Assembly: GCA_964522195.1 (NCBI GenBank)
Contig: CAZFSV010000001.1
Coordinates: forward strand, 44,680 to 108,679
Length of the DNA: 64,000 nt
Origin: an uncultured Candidatus Saccharibacteria bacterium
Lineage (GTDB): Bacteria > Patescibacteriota > Minisyncoccia > Phycocordibacterales > UBA9973
Reading direction: 5' to 3'
Made by a program: the position numbers and the translations under genes. The notes beneath the pieces are model-generated. The model was given only the letters and a program-made list of their open reading frames with translations. It was not told where the DNA came from and made no database searches. Below, piece by piece: positions 29,228 through 42,118 of the stretch (within the stretch, counting starts at the first letter, position 1; every line of letters starts with the position of its first letter).

Positions 29228-29809
29228 ATGAAATTTTTAATACCAATTTTATTAATAATAATATCAGGAACAGGTTTTTTTATGCTTGTTAGTCCAAAGT
29301 ATGAAGAAATTAAAATCTTAAAACAAGAAGTTGATGCTTATGATAATGCTTTAGCTAATTCTAAGGTTTTAACTGATGAGAGAGATAAATTAGCAACTAA
29401 ATATAACAATATTAATAAGTCTGACTTAGAAAGACTAAATAAATTATTGCCTGATAATATTGATAATATCAGAATGATTTTAGAAATAGAAAAACTAGCT
29501 CTTTATTATGATATGTATTTAAAAGATATAAAATATGACGACAAGAAAGAAAATGAAGAAAATGTAGAGGTCCAAGCTGGTGTTCAAAATAATAATTTCA
29601 ACAGTGAATATGGTTCATGGGATTTAGAATTTACTACAGAAGGGTCTTATGGTAACTTTATATCTTTATTAAAAGATATAGAAAAAAACTTAAGATTAGT
29701 TGATGTTGTTTCAGTAGACTTTGTTTCTAGTGATTTATCTGGAAGTAAAAAAGATTCTGATAATTATAAATATATTATTAAAATTAGAACCTATTGGTTA
29801 AAAAGATAA
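29228..29809 (+). CDS. PilO-like bitopic membrane protein
   Basis: N-terminal TM then coiled-coil; position in pilus operon. Confidence 0.5.
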   Translation: MKFLIPILLIIISGTGFFMLVSPKYEEIKILKQEVDAYDNALANSKVLTDERDKLATKYNNINKSDLERLNKLLPDNIDNIRMILEIEKLALYYDMYLKDIKYDDKKENEENVEVQAGVQNNNFNSEYGSWDLEFTTEGSYGNFISLLKDIEKNLRLVDVVSVDFVSSDLSGSKKDSDNYKYIIKIRTYWLKR

Positions 29810-29810
29810 T

Positions 29811-30194
29811 ATGAGCAATAAACAAAAATTAATCATTTTAATAGTAATCGGTATAATTTTATCTGTTTTATTTTTTTTGAATAATAAAAAAGAGGAAGAA
29901 GATTTAGCCTTAACCTCTAGTAATGTTATTGTACCTACAAATGTAGAAATTAATAAGATTGAATTCTTAAATGAAGAAGACGCTTTATTGTCTAATAGTG
30001 TATTAAATACCTTGAATAGTTTAGAGAAAATATCTTTAAATACAGATATTTTTGATACATTATCTTTTAAAACTCTTATTGATGGAACTGTTCCTTTAGA
30101 ACAGGATAAAGATATAGGACGTAATAATCCTTTTGCTCCTATCGGTTTAGAAAATATAATTAATAAAATAGAAGAGGAAGAACAAGTAAACTAA
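29811..30194 (+). CDS. Small pilus-operon membrane protein (PilP-like?)
   Basis: 127 aa, N-terminal TM, operon position; no motif. Confidence 0.3.
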   Translation: MSNKQKLIILIVIGIILSVLFFLNNKKEEEDLALTSSNVIVPTNVEINKIEFLNEEDALLSNSVLNTLNSLEKISLNTDIFDTLSFKTLIDGTVPLEQDKDIGRNNPFAPIGLENIINKIEEEEQVN

Positions 30195-30202
30195 ATTTAT
30201 TT

Positions 30203-31963
30203 ATGATTTTTTTAGAAGAATTATTCAAAAGAGGTGTAATTACCCAAAATCAAATTTTAGAGATAAAAAATAGAGCTAATGAAAAATATAGTGGTGATTT
30301 TGAGTCTGCTTTAGAAGAATTTGGTATTACTCAAGATCAATTACTAAATATAAAAGGAGATTATTATAATATTCCAATAAAAAAAATAGTTAAAGAAAAT
30401 ATTTCTTTTGCAATCTTAAAATATATTCCGGAAGAATCTGCTAGGCACTATAATTTCGTGCCTATCGCTTTAAATGAAGGTGTGCTTGAAGTTGGTATTA
30501 TTGACCCCGAAAATGTGCAAGGTATAGATGCGTTGCAGTTTATTTCTACAAAAGGAGGTGTTCCTTTTAAAATTTTTTTAATAACAAAAAATGATTTTAA
30601 TTTAGTGCTTTCCTTATACCAAGGTGCAAATGTGCAAGTAGATCAAGCTCTCGAAGGTATAAATCAAAAAGATCAAGATATTTTTTCTGATAAAGATAAA
30701 GCCACAGAAGATAATTCTTTAAATCAAGAATTTAAAGATCATAAAAACACACAAGAAGCAAAGATAGTGGAAGATGCACCAATTATTAAAATTGTTGCTG
30801 TGATTATAAAAAACGCAATAGAAGGAAATGCTTCTGATATTCATATAGAACACAATGGAGATAAAATAAAAGTTAGATATCGCGTTGATGGAGAATTACA
30901 CACAACCTTAGTTTTACCTGTTAATGTCCACAGCGGAGTAGTTGCTCGTATCAAAATTTTAGCTAAACTTCGTTTAGATGAAAAAAGAAAACCTCAAGAC
31001 GGTTCCTTTAGTACAGATTTTGATGACAGAAAAGTTGATTTCCGTGTTTCCACAATGCCGTCTTATTATGGAGAAAAAGTTGTGATTCGTATTTTGGATT
31101 CTCAAAAAGGCGTAAAACCACTTGAAGCTTTAGGATTATCACCCAGAAATCTTGATTTAATGAAAGAAGCTATTTCAAGACCTTATGGGTTAGTGTTAGT
31201 TACAGGTCCTACTGGTTCTGGTAAATCTACCACACTGTATTCAGTAATGAATGCCTTAGATAAAGAAAAAAGCAATATTATAACTTTAGAAGATCCTGTT
31301 GAGTATCACATGCCTGACATTAATCAATCTCAAGTTTTACCTGAAATAGGTTATACTTTTGCATCAGGTCTTCGTTCTGTTTTAAGACAAGACCCAGATA
31401 TAATAATCGTAGGAGAAATTCGTGATAAAGAAACTGCTCAATTGGCTATTCAAGCAGCTTTAACAGGACACTTGGTTTTTTCAACTTTGCACACCAATAA
31501 TTCCATAGGAGCAATACCTCGTTTAGTTGATATGGGTGTAGATCCTTATTTAATTGCTCCAACTTTAGTCCTTTCTATTGCACAAAGACTTGCTAGGCTG
31601 ACTTGTGTTTCTTCTAGAAAAGAAATTCCTATGGATTCAAGTATTAAAATGCAAATAGAAGATTCTTTTAAAGATTTACCAGAGGAGTATAAAAATCAAA
31701 TTCAATTAAAAAATACCATGATAGACACAGTCCCTTCTTCAGAATGTTCTTCTGGTACACGTGGCCGTATTGCTATTTTTGAAATGTTTAAAATAGATAA
31801 AGAAATTCAAACTATGATCTTAAAAGATCCAACTTATGGTTCTATTTACAAAATCGCTCGCAGAAATGGGATGATTACAATGAAAGAAGATGCAATGCTT
31901 AAAGCAATAGAAGGCATTATTCCTTATACAGATGTTTATAATTTCAGTAATGAAGGAGAATAA
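30203..31963 (+). CDS. pilB: Type IV pilus assembly ATPase PilB/GspE family
   Basis: N-terminal T2SSE_N domain, Walker A LVLVTGPTGSGKSTTL, Asp box, His box, tetracysteine-like CVSS...SSECSSGTRGR. Confidence 0.85.
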   Translation: MIFLEELFKRGVITQNQILEIKNRANEKYSGDFESALEEFGITQDQLLNIKGDYYNIPIKKIVKENISFAILKYIPEESARHYNFVPIALNEGVLEVGIIDPENVQGIDALQFISTKGGVPFKIFLITKNDFNLVLSLYQGANVQVDQALEGINQKDQDIFSDKDKATEDNSLNQEFKDHKNTQEAKIVEDAPIIKIVAVIIKNAIEGNASDIHIEHNGDKIKVRYRVDGELHTTLVLPVNVHSGVVARIKILAKLRLDEKRKPQDGSFSTDFDDRKVDFRVSTMPSYYGEKVVIRILDSQKGVKPLEALGLSPRNLDLMKEAISRPYGLVLVTGPTGSGKSTTLYSVMNALDKEKSNIITLEDPVEYHMPDINQSQVLPEIGYTFASGLRSVLRQDPDIIIVGEIRDKETAQLAIQAALTGHLVFSTLHTNNSIGAIPRLVDMGVDPYLIAPTLVLSIAQRLARLTCVSSRKEIPMDSSIKMQIEDSFKDLPEEYKNQIQLKNTMIDTVPSSECSSGTRGRIAIFEMFKIDKEIQTMILKDPTYGSIYKIARRNGMITMKEDAMLKAIEGIIPYTDVYNFSNEGE

Positions 31964-31997
31964 TGTTTTTTAATTGTTTTTATAATATAATAGATTT

Positions 31998-32411
31998 ATG
32001 TCAGTAGATAAAAATAAAATTTTAATAGTAGATGATGATGGTTTTTTGCTTGATATGTATTCGTTTAAATTTAGCCAAGATAATTTTGAAGTTTTTACAG
32101 CGATCAACGGTGCTTTAGCTTTAGAAAAATTACATGAAGGATTAAAGCCAGACGTTATTTTAATGGATATTATGATGCCTGAAATGAATGGTTTTGAAAC
32201 TTTAGAAAAGATTAATCAAGAAAGCTTGTCTAAAGATTCAGTAAAAATTATATTATCAAACAATAACCAAAAATCTGAAATAGAAAAAGGTCACGCTTTA
32301 GGAATAGATGGTTATATAGTAAAAGCAAATTCAACACCAGCTGAGGTTATAGAAAGAGTTAATGAAATTTTATTAAATAAAAAAATACATTCAAAAGAAA
32401 ATGAATTATAA
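31998..32411 (+). CDS. Single-domain response regulator within pilus operon (PilH/PilG-like)
   Basis: Receiver motifs ILIVDDD, phospho-acceptor ILMDIMMP, conserved K. Confidence 0.7.
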   Translation: MSVDKNKILIVDDDGFLLDMYSFKFSQDNFEVFTAINGALALEKLHEGLKPDVILMDIMMPEMNGFETLEKINQESLSKDSVKIILSNNNQKSEIEKGHALGIDGYIVKANSTPAEVIERVNEILLNKKIHSKENEL

Positions 32412-33459
32412 AGAAACAATTGAAAATTTAATTTTAAATCTTATTAGAGAAAGTGGGTCTGATTTGCATTTAGGAGGAGGTAGGATGCCAGCAATTCGTG
32501 TTTTCGGAGAGTTGATTTTTTTAGTAAAATATCCAGTTTTTACGAAGGAAGACATGGAAGGTATTTTAAAAGAATTAATTGACGCAGAAAGGTTTGAGAA
32601 ATTTAAAATAGAACAAGAATTAGATTTTTCTTATGATTTTAAAGGTGAGGCTAGGTTGCGTTGTAATGCTTTTATACAAAAAGGACTTATTAATCTTGCT
32701 TTTAGATTAATACCACAAGTTAAAGATTTAAAAGAATTAAATCTACCTCCAATCATTGCAGAAATTAGTAGGAAAAAACAAGGGTTTTTCTTGGTTGTGG
32801 GCCCAGTTGGTCAAGGTAAATCAACAACACTTTCTGCTATGGTAAATTTAATAAACAAAGAACAACCTAAACACATCATTACAATAGAAGATCCAATAGA
32901 ATATATTTATACCGCAGATAAATCTATCATTAATCAAAGAGAAGTTAATATTGACACTAATAGTTTTCAAAGTGCTTTAACTTCTGTTTTTCGTGAAGAT
33001 GTGAATGTTATTATGATTGGAGAAATGAGAAGCCCTGAAACTATGTCTACCGCTGTAACTGCGGCGGAAACAGGCCACCTTGTTCTATCAACCCTACATA
33101 CTAATAATGCTTCGCAAACAATAGATAGAATAATAGACTCTTTTCCAAGTCATCAACAGGATCAAATTAGAGTTCAATTGTCTAATTCATTACTGGGTAT
33201 TTTTTCTCAAAGATTAATTCCTCGTATTACAGGAGGCTTAATACCAGCTTTTGAATTACTTTTAAATAATAATGCGGTAGCAAACTTAATTCGTGAGAAA
33301 AGAACTCATGAAATTGATGTTGTTATAGAAACAGGTATGGAACAAGGCATGATTGATCTTAATCACTCTTTGCTTGATTTGGTTCGTCGTGGAGAGATAA
33401 CTATAGAGAATGCTTATCAGTACTCCTTAAATCCAAAAGGACTTGAAAGAATGTTATAA
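32401..33459 (+). CDS. pilT: Twitching motility retraction ATPase PilT
   Basis: Walker A GFFLVVGPVGQGKSTTL, Asp/His boxes, 352 aa typical PilT size. Confidence 0.85.
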   Translation: MNYKETIENLILNLIRESGSDLHLGGGRMPAIRVFGELIFLVKYPVFTKEDMEGILKELIDAERFEKFKIEQELDFSYDFKGEARLRCNAFIQKGLINLAFRLIPQVKDLKELNLPPIIAEISRKKQGFFLVVGPVGQGKSTTLSAMVNLINKEQPKHIITIEDPIEYIYTADKSIINQREVNIDTNSFQSALTSVFREDVNVIMIGEMRSPETMSTAVTAAETGHLVLSTLHTNNASQTIDRIIDSFPSHQQDQIRVQLSNSLLGIFSQRLIPRITGGLIPAFELLLNNNAVANLIREKRTHEIDVVIETGMEQGMIDLNHSLLDLVRRGEITIENAYQYSLNPKGLERML

Positions 33460-33477
33460 ATTTAATTTTTAATTTTT

Positions 33478-34686
33478 ATGTTATTTAAATATAAAGCAGT
33501 AGATGAAAGGGGTATAAAAAAAGAGGGTGAAATAGATGCACCAAATAGAGATTTGGGAATTTCGGCTCTACAAAGAAGAAACTTGATTGTTGTTTCTATT
33601 ATAGAAGCAGAAAAAAAGAAATCTTTTTTAGAAATATCTTTTTTTGAAAAAGCTTCCAATAAAGATGTGGTTATTTTATCTCGTCAAATTGCAACTTTAT
33701 TTGAAGCTCAAGTTTCGGCTCTTAAAGCTTTTTCTATGCTTGCAAGTAATTCCGAAAATAAATTTTTAGCAAAAAGATTAATTATCGTGGGCGAAGATTT
33801 GCAAGCTGGTATGTCTGTATCTGGGGCTTTAAGCAAGCACCCAGAAATATTTTCTCAATTTTATATAAATATGGTTAAAGCAGGAGAAGAAACAGGTAAA
33901 TTAAATCAAACTTTCCTTCATTTAGCAGATTATTTAGATAGGCAATATGCAATAACCTCTAAAACTCGAAATGCTTTGATTTATCCAGCTTTCGTTGTTG
34001 TAACTTTTTTTGTAGTTATGGGACTTATGTTTACTATGGTTATTCCTAGGCTTTCTGGAATTTTAAAAGATTCAGGTCAAGAAATTCCTGTTTTTACTCA
34101 AATTATTCTTTCTTTATCAGAATTTTTCGTGAATTATGGTATAATTTTCTTAATTTTTATAGCATTATTTGGAGTTTGGGTTTTTCAAATGTCTCGAACA
34201 GAATCAGGTAAAAATTTAATAGATAAATACCGTTTATCAATACCCGCAATTGGTAATTTGTATAGAAAACTATATCTTTCTCGTATTTCAGATAACTTAG
34301 ACACTATGCTCGTTTCTGGAATTACGATTATTAAATCTTTAGATATAACTTCTGATGTTGTAAATAGTAATATTTATAAAAGCATCTTAAAAGAAGTTAC
34401 TGTTGATGTAAAAGCGGGACTTTCCTTATCTCAAGCTTTTGAAAAACACCCTGAATATTTACCAGGAATTATGGTTCAAATGGTAAAAGTAGGAGAGGAA
34501 ACAGGGTCTTTAGGGCCAATTTTAAAAACTTTGGGAGATTTTTATAAAAGAGAAGTTGATGATGCTGTAGATACTTTAATAGGACTTATTGAACCTGTTA
34601 TGATCGTGGTTTTAGGTCTTGGGGTGGGAATACTACTTGTAGCTGTTCTTATTCCTATTTATAACATTGCAGGTAATATAGGATAA
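33478..34686 (+). CDS. pilC: Type IV pilus platform protein PilC (two T2SSF domains)
   Basis: 402 aa, duplicated GspF-like domains, three TM segments. Confidence 0.85.
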   Translation: MLFKYKAVDERGIKKEGEIDAPNRDLGISALQRRNLIVVSIIEAEKKKSFLEISFFEKASNKDVVILSRQIATLFEAQVSALKAFSMLASNSENKFLAKRLIIVGEDLQAGMSVSGALSKHPEIFSQFYINMVKAGEETGKLNQTFLHLADYLDRQYAITSKTRNALIYPAFVVVTFFVVMGLMFTMVIPRLSGILKDSGQEIPVFTQIILSLSEFFVNYGIIFLIFIALFGVWVFQMSRTESGKNLIDKYRLSIPAIGNLYRKLYLSRISDNLDTMLVSGITIIKSLDITSDVVNSNIYKSILKEVTVDVKAGLSLSQAFEKHPEYLPGIMVQMVKVGEETGSLGPILKTLGDFYKREVDDAVDTLIGLIEPVMIVVLGLGVGILLVAVLIPIYNIAGNIG

Positions 34687-34879
34687 TGAAGTTGTAAATT
34701 AATAGCTCATAATTTTACATTCGTGAGTTATTTTAAAATACTTTTAACTTTAAAATTTAATTGTGGATAACTAATTTGCAATAGTATTTTAGGATTATGT
34801 TATAATTAATATATAAAAATAAAGTCGAAATTATTTTATTAAATTATTAAAAGTTTTTATTATTAATCAAATATATATT

Positions 34880-35335
34880 ATGAAATTAAATTTCAAAAAA
34901 GGTTTTACATTGATTGAATTATTGGTGGTTGTTGCTATTATAGGTATTTTGGCTTCTGTTGTGTTGACTTCATTAGGATCAGCAAGAAACAAAGCTAAAG
35001 ATTCTTCTGCTATTGCTTCTCTCTCTTCAATGAGAGGTCAAGCAGAATTAGGAGTTTCTACTTCAGGTAATTACCTTAACAACCTTTGTAATGCAACAAC
35101 AGGTTCTGGAGAAATTGGAACTTTGCTAGCTGCTGCTAGAACTCAATTAGGTGGTGTTGCAAACGTTGATTGTTATGACGATGACTCAGATGACGCAACA
35201 GCAACAGTTACTCCAACAGCTTGGAGAGTTGAAGGTGACTTGTTAACAGGTACTTTCTTCTGTGTTGATTCTACTGGTATTGCTACAGAAGTTGCTGTTA
35301 CAAATACTACAGCTACAGACTATACTTGTAATTAG
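34880..35335 (+). CDS. pilA: Type IV pilin (major pilin candidate)
   Basis: Class III signal: KKG|FTLIELLVVVAIIGILA with Glu+5; C-terminal disulfide D-region (C...C); own promoter and terminator. Confidence 0.8.
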   Translation: MKLNFKKGFTLIELLVVVAIIGILASVVLTSLGSARNKAKDSSAIASLSSMRGQAELGVSTSGNYLNNLCNATTGSGEIGTLLAAARTQLGGVANVDCYDDDSDDATATVTPTAWRVEGDLLTGTFFCVDSTGIATEVAVTNTTATDYTCN

Positions 35336-35344
35336 TTTTTATTT

Positions 35345-35370
35345 AAAAAAGCCCCAAATGGGGCTTTTTT
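35345..35370 (+). terminator. Rho-independent terminator after pilin 1
   Basis: aaaaaagcccc-aaat-ggggctttttt. Confidence 0.8.
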
Positions 35371-35427
35371 AAATTTAATAGATTTGTTATAATTTGTATG
35401 TATTTTATTATTAAATATTTATAAAAA

Positions 35428-36024
35428 ATGAAATCATATAATTTTTTCAAAAAAGACTCTGTTGGTATTAATACAAGTAAAACTGTTGCAGGTGGATTTA
35501 CTTTAATTGAGTTGTTGGTGGTTGTTGGAATTATAGGTATTTTAGCCGCTTTGGTTACAGTATCTTTGGGTTCTGGTAAAGACAAAAGTAATGATTCAAA
35601 AAGAGTATCTCAGATAAGCCAAATGGGTTCACAAGCTTTTTTGTTTACTGGTACTTTAGGTACAGCCTATGTTGTTACTACTCCTTATCTTTCTAGTGGG
35701 GGTATAACAGGCGCTGCTATTGGAGGGTCAGTTTTAACCGGTACATTATTTAATGATACTAATTTAGCAAATAACAGTCTTTGGTTGCTAGCTAATACTT
35801 TACCTGCTGGAACTTATATTTATTATGGTTGGAATGGGCAAAATACTGCTACAAATGGTGCTTGGTTCTTTGCTTCTTCTTTAAGTACTGGAGGTTTTTG
35901 TATTGATTCAACTGGTTTTAAGAAAACTTATACTGGTACTCCTTTAGCTGGAACCTTATCAGCTTGGACTGCCGCTGGAGTATTTCCTAACGCAACTGCA
36001 GTAGGAGGATATCGCTGTAATTAA
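35428..36024 (+). CDS. Type IV pilin (second pilin)
   Basis: Prepilin signal AGG|FTLIELLVVVGIIGILAA; C-terminal Cys pair (FCIDSTG...YRCN). Confidence 0.75.
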   Translation: MKSYNFFKKDSVGINTSKTVAGGFTLIELLVVVGIIGILAALVTVSLGSGKDKSNDSKRVSQISQMGSQAFLFTGTLGTAYVVTTPYLSSGGITGAAIGGSVLTGTLFNDTNLANNSLWLLANTLPAGTYIYYGWNGQNTATNGAWFFASSLSTGGFCIDSTGFKKTYTGTPLAGTLSAWTAAGVFPNATAVGGYRCN

Positions 36025-36040
36025 TTTATTTAATTTTTTA

Positions 36041-36065
36041 AAAAAGCCCTTCGGGGCTTTTTTTG
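36041..36065 (+). terminator. Rho-independent terminator after pilin 2
   Basis: aaaaagccc-ttcg-gggcttttttt (UUCG loop). Confidence 0.8.
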
Positions 36066-36092
36066 TTTCAATAATATTGGTATAATATTTGT

Positions 36093-36884
36093 ATGTATAC
36101 GACTTTAGCAATTATTTTTTTCTTATTAGGTATTGTTATTGGTAGCTTTTTAAACGTGGTAATTTTTAGACTTAATACTAATAAATCTTTCGGCGGTAGA
36201 AGTATCTGTTTATCTTGTAGGAACCAAATATGCTGGCATGATCTTATTCCACTATTTTCTTTTTGTTTTTTAGGTGGTAGGTGTCGTCATTGCAAGACAA
36301 GGCTATCCTGGCAATATCCGATAGTAGAATTTATTACTGGTATTGTTTTCCTTTTATTATTTTGGAAATTTTATTATTTATTTGAAATAGTACCAATGAC
36401 TTTTGCTTTTACTTATGGATATTTTGCTGCAATTTTTGCTATTTTAATTATTATTACTTTTTATGATATCCGCCATAAAATTATTCCAGACTCTCTATCT
36501 TTAATTTTCGGTTTACTTTCTTTCTTTAGTGTATTTTTGTTTTCTGATTTTATTTTAAACCTTCATGTGCCTTCCTTAAATGAATTTAGTGGTATTTTAC
36601 TTAGTTTACCTTTTGCTTTTCTTTGGTTTGTTTCTTCTGGTCGCTGGATGGGTTTTGGAGATGCGAAACTAGCTATTGGTATTGGTCTTTTATTGGGTTT
36701 TACAAAAGGATTAACTGCTATTATCTTTGCTTTTTGGATTGGAGCAATTGTAGGGATTTTGTTAATTTTACTTAATAAAATAAAAGGAATGAAAAGTGAA
36801 ATGCCTTTTGCTCCATTTTTAATTTTAGGTACTTTGATAGTTTTTATTTTAGAATTAACTTTATTTAATTTGAATGTATTTTAA
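36093..36884 (+). CDS. pilD: Prepilin peptidase (A24 family) PilD
   Basis: N-terminal Cys-rich region CLSCRNQICWHD...CRHCKTR, multi-TM, Asp-containing C-terminal half. Confidence 0.8.
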   Translation: MYTTLAIIFFLLGIVIGSFLNVVIFRLNTNKSFGGRSICLSCRNQICWHDLIPLFSFCFLGGRCRHCKTRLSWQYPIVEFITGIVFLLLFWKFYYLFEIVPMTFAFTYGYFAAIFAILIIITFYDIRHKIIPDSLSLIFGLLSFFSVFLFSDFILNLHVPSLNEFSGILLSLPFAFLWFVSSGRWMGFGDAKLAIGIGLLLGFTKGLTAIIFAFWIGAIVGILLILLNKIKGMKSEMPFAPFLILGTLIVFILELTLFNLNVF

Positions 36885-37494
36885 ATTTAAAAAATTAAAT
36901 AAAGGTTTTACTTATGTTGAATTAATTGTTGTTCTTGCAATTACCACAATTTTATCTTCAATCTCTTTGTTTAATTATCAGACATTTCAAAATAAAGTAG
37001 ATATGAAAAATTTATCAAATAGTGTCGCCTTAAAAATAACTGAAATGCAAAAATTCGCAATTGCAGGTAAAAGGCCAGTTCATACTATTCCAGTATCAGG
37101 TTGGAAGCCGTCATATGGTATTTATTTTCCAGCAATTACTCCAACTACAAATAAAACTTTTTATTTATTTGCCGATTTACTTTTATTAGGTGCTCAAGAT
37201 AAAAAATTAGGATTAACAACTCCTTGTCCTGGAACAGAATGTATGTCTGTATTTACTATTGGTAAAGGCAATTATATAGAAAAAATTGATATTAAATATC
37301 AAAACGGTACTACTGTAAGTCATACTACTCCTTTACATATAACTTATACTAGACCTAACGTAGGCGCTGCGTTTTGGTCTGATACAAGTCAATTGTCAAA
37401 TGTTGATTATATAGAAGTTAGCTTAAGAAATTCTAATAATTCTGCTTCTGCAAAAATTAATATTTATGCTTCTGGTAGAGTTCAAATAATTTAA
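36874..37494 (+). CDS. Minor pilin/pseudopilin
   Basis: Prepilin N-terminus KG|FTYVELIVVLAITTIL. Confidence 0.6.
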   Translation: MYFKFKKLNKGFTYVELIVVLAITTILSSISLFNYQTFQNKVDMKNLSNSVALKITEMQKFAIAGKRPVHTIPVSGWKPSYGIYFPAITPTTNKTFYLFADLLLLGAQDKKLGLTTPCPGTECMSVFTIGKGNYIEKIDIKYQNGTTVSHTTPLHITYTRPNVGAAFWSDTSQLSNVDYIEVSLRNSNNSASAKINIYASGRVQII

Positions 37495-37498
37495 TATA

Positions 37499-38080
37499 AT
37501 GATAAAAAATAAACTTAAAATTAATTCCGGATATACAATAATTGAAACAATGGTAGCTGTGTCTATTTTTCTTGTTGTTGTATCTATTTCTATGAATTCT
37601 CTACTCAATGCTAATTTGCTTTTAAATAAATCTAAAGATATGCGTTCTGTTATGGATAATCTTTCCTTCATAATGGAAGATATGTCTAGAAATTTAAGAA
37701 CAGGATATGATTATCGTTGCCAAGCTGAAACAACTTATTTAGTGACGCCCTTGAGTTGTATCTCTGGCGGAACTGTTTCTTTTACAGAAGCTATATCTAA
37801 TACAAGATGGGTGTATAAAATTTCTTCAACTGATCTTGTAAATTATAATATTTTTAAATCTGTTGATGGCGGAGCAACTTTTGTTAAATTAAATGATGAT
37901 TTTATTAAAATAAAACCACAATCAGGCTTCTCTGTTTCGGGTGCAGAGTCAATTGCTTCTGGAGACAACAAGCAACCTTTCATTACTATTAAATTAATTG
38001 GAGAAATTCATTATAAAAATATTATTACTCCATTTTCATTACAAACTTCAGTTTCACAAACAAAAATAGATATTTTATGA
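37499..38080 (+). CDS. Minor pilin/pseudopilin
   Basis: Prepilin N-terminus SG|YTIIETMVAVSIFLVVV. Confidence 0.6.
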   Translation: MIKNKLKINSGYTIIETMVAVSIFLVVVSISMNSLLNANLLLNKSKDMRSVMDNLSFIMEDMSRNLRTGYDYRCQAETTYLVTPLSCISGGTVSFTEAISNTRWVYKISSTDLVNYNIFKSVDGGATFVKLNDDFIKIKPQSGFSVSGAESIASGDNKQPFITIKLIGEIHYKNIITPFSLQTSVSQTKIDIL

Positions 38081-38693
38081 TAAAATCAAAAAAACAATTT
38101 AATAAAGCTCCTGCCCGAAATGCTAAGCATAGCTTTGTAGGCGGGTTTACTTTAATAGAATCCATGGTAGCTATATCTATTTTTACTACTTCTGTTTTAG
38201 GTATGCTGACTTTGACTGCAGGGAATATTAGTAATACTAATTATGCTAAGAACAAATTAATGGCTACTTTTTTGGCTCAAGAAGGTTTAGAATATGTGAG
38301 AAATTTAAGAGATGCTTATACTGTGTTTGTCTACAATGGATTTGAAGAATTTCAAACTAAAGTAGTCCCTTGTACTACTCCTAATGGATGCTATTTTAAT
38401 GCTGATTTAGTTGGTCATAATGGAGATATAATTCAAAATATTGTATTAACTGAGTGCTCTTCTGGAGTTTGTCCTTTTTTGCGCTATGATGAAAATAGTT
38501 ATACAAAACAATATAATTACACTACCGGTAATTTAAGTAATTTTTCAAGAAAGCTTAAAATAGAAATTATTTCCACTTCAAATCCTGCACAAAAAGAAGT
38601 TAAGGTAACTTCTATGGTAACTTTTAATTTAAGTGGTAAAAGTCATACAGTATATTTTACGAGTTATTTGAATAATTGGGCTGAATATATATA

Positions 38694-38694
<1 letters not shown>
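38077..38694 (+). CDS. Minor pilin/pseudopilin
   Basis: Prepilin N-terminus GG|FTLIESMVAISIFTT; overlaps neighbours by 4/1 nt. Confidence 0.6.
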
Positions 38695-41271
<2,577 letters not shown>

Positions 41272-41281
41272 GATATTTTGG

Positions 41282-41482
41282 CGGTATGTTCTGGACAAAA
41301 TTCGAACTTTTTTCGAAGAAAATCCAAACGATTAAAACTAATAAAATGGACTCGGCAGGGCGAAACAATTTGTCTGGGGTTTTGGATTCGCCCTGCCTCG
41401 GCTGATTTCCCGCCCGCAGGAGGGGTCTGGGGAGGAATGCGGGCGGGTTTCGGACTGGGGGTTTTCGGAAATTCGGCGGCTA
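41282..41482. repeat. 201-bp GC-rich terminal inverted repeat, copy A1
   Basis: Identical (by eye) to reverse complement of 43090..43290. Contains perfect hairpins ggcagggcgaa...ttcgccctgcc (11 bp) and cccgcccgca...tgcgggcggg (10 bp). Outer end carries tRNA-3'-end-like AGTTCGAATTTTGTCCAGAACATACCGCC. Confidence 0.85.
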
Positions 41483-41489
41483 ACACTAA

Positions 41490-42113
41490 TCAAAAATTGA
41501 CATCTTTTACAAACCAATTTTTGAATCTTTTTAGAAAACTTTTTAAACTCTTAAAACTTCTTTTTATAAATAACCAAATATTTTCAAAAACAGTTTTTTT
41601 ATTTTTATATACCAGAAAGTTTAAAAAGTTTGCAGAATTGATTTCTTTAAGTTTATCTTTTATTTCGTCTTTTTCCCAAAAAGCAGTAAAAGATATTTTC
41701 TTTATAGATTCTGAGCCAAAGTAAAATTCCAGCGAACCACTATCTTCCAATTTATCTTTCGGTATTTCAAAATATAGAATTTCCAAAGTAGTTTCTGGTG
41801 GTAATTTAAAATATTCTTTTGTATATCCATATAGATATGAACCACCACCCAAATTAGAACTTTTGATATAGAAACTACTTTGTTCATCTAATCCTGGTGC
41901 AAAATTTGTTTTTGCTATTCCTACAAAAGCAGAAAACCATACCGTATTTATGAGTGTCTTTTGATTATTTTTTAATAAGACCGAAAAACAAATTTTGTCT
42001 TTATCTTCAGGATTTCTTATAACGAAAAAATACCTCAAATCACTTTTAGTTTCCTTTTCCTTTTCTTTGTTTACATTCAAATTATTATTAACAGTAAAAA
42101 GTGTGGGGTTCAT
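41490..42113 (-). CDS. Hypothetical protein (207 aa) in IR-bounded cassette
   Basis: ORF, last gene of XRE-led minus-strand operon; no motif. Confidence 0.4.
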   Translation of the reverse strand: MNPTLFTVNNNLNVNKEKEKETKSDLRYFFVIRNPEDKDKICFSVLLKNNQKTLINTVWFSAFVGIAKTNFAPGLDEQSSFYIKSSNLGGGSYLYGYTKEYFKLPPETTLEILYFEIPKDKLEDSGSLEFYFGSESIKKISFTAFWEKDEIKDKLKEINSANFLNFLVYKNKKTVFENIWLFIKRSFKSLKSFLKRFKNWFVKDVNF

Positions 42114-42118
42114 ATTTT

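Noticed and set aside
35343-35585. 80-aa minus-strand ORF spanning the pilin 1 terminator and pilin 2 start
   Set aside because: Crosses a strong rho-independent terminator and the pilin 2 start; antisense artefact.
41278-41724. 148-aa plus-strand ORF and, in the second repeat region 43011..43515, three overlapping ORFs (134 aa +, 108 aa -, 92 aa -) with Pro/Gly/Arg-rich translations
   Set aside because: They are translations of the GC-rich 201-bp and 121-bp inverted repeats (the same peptide strings recur because the DNA is repeated). Hairpin-dense repeat DNA, not coding.
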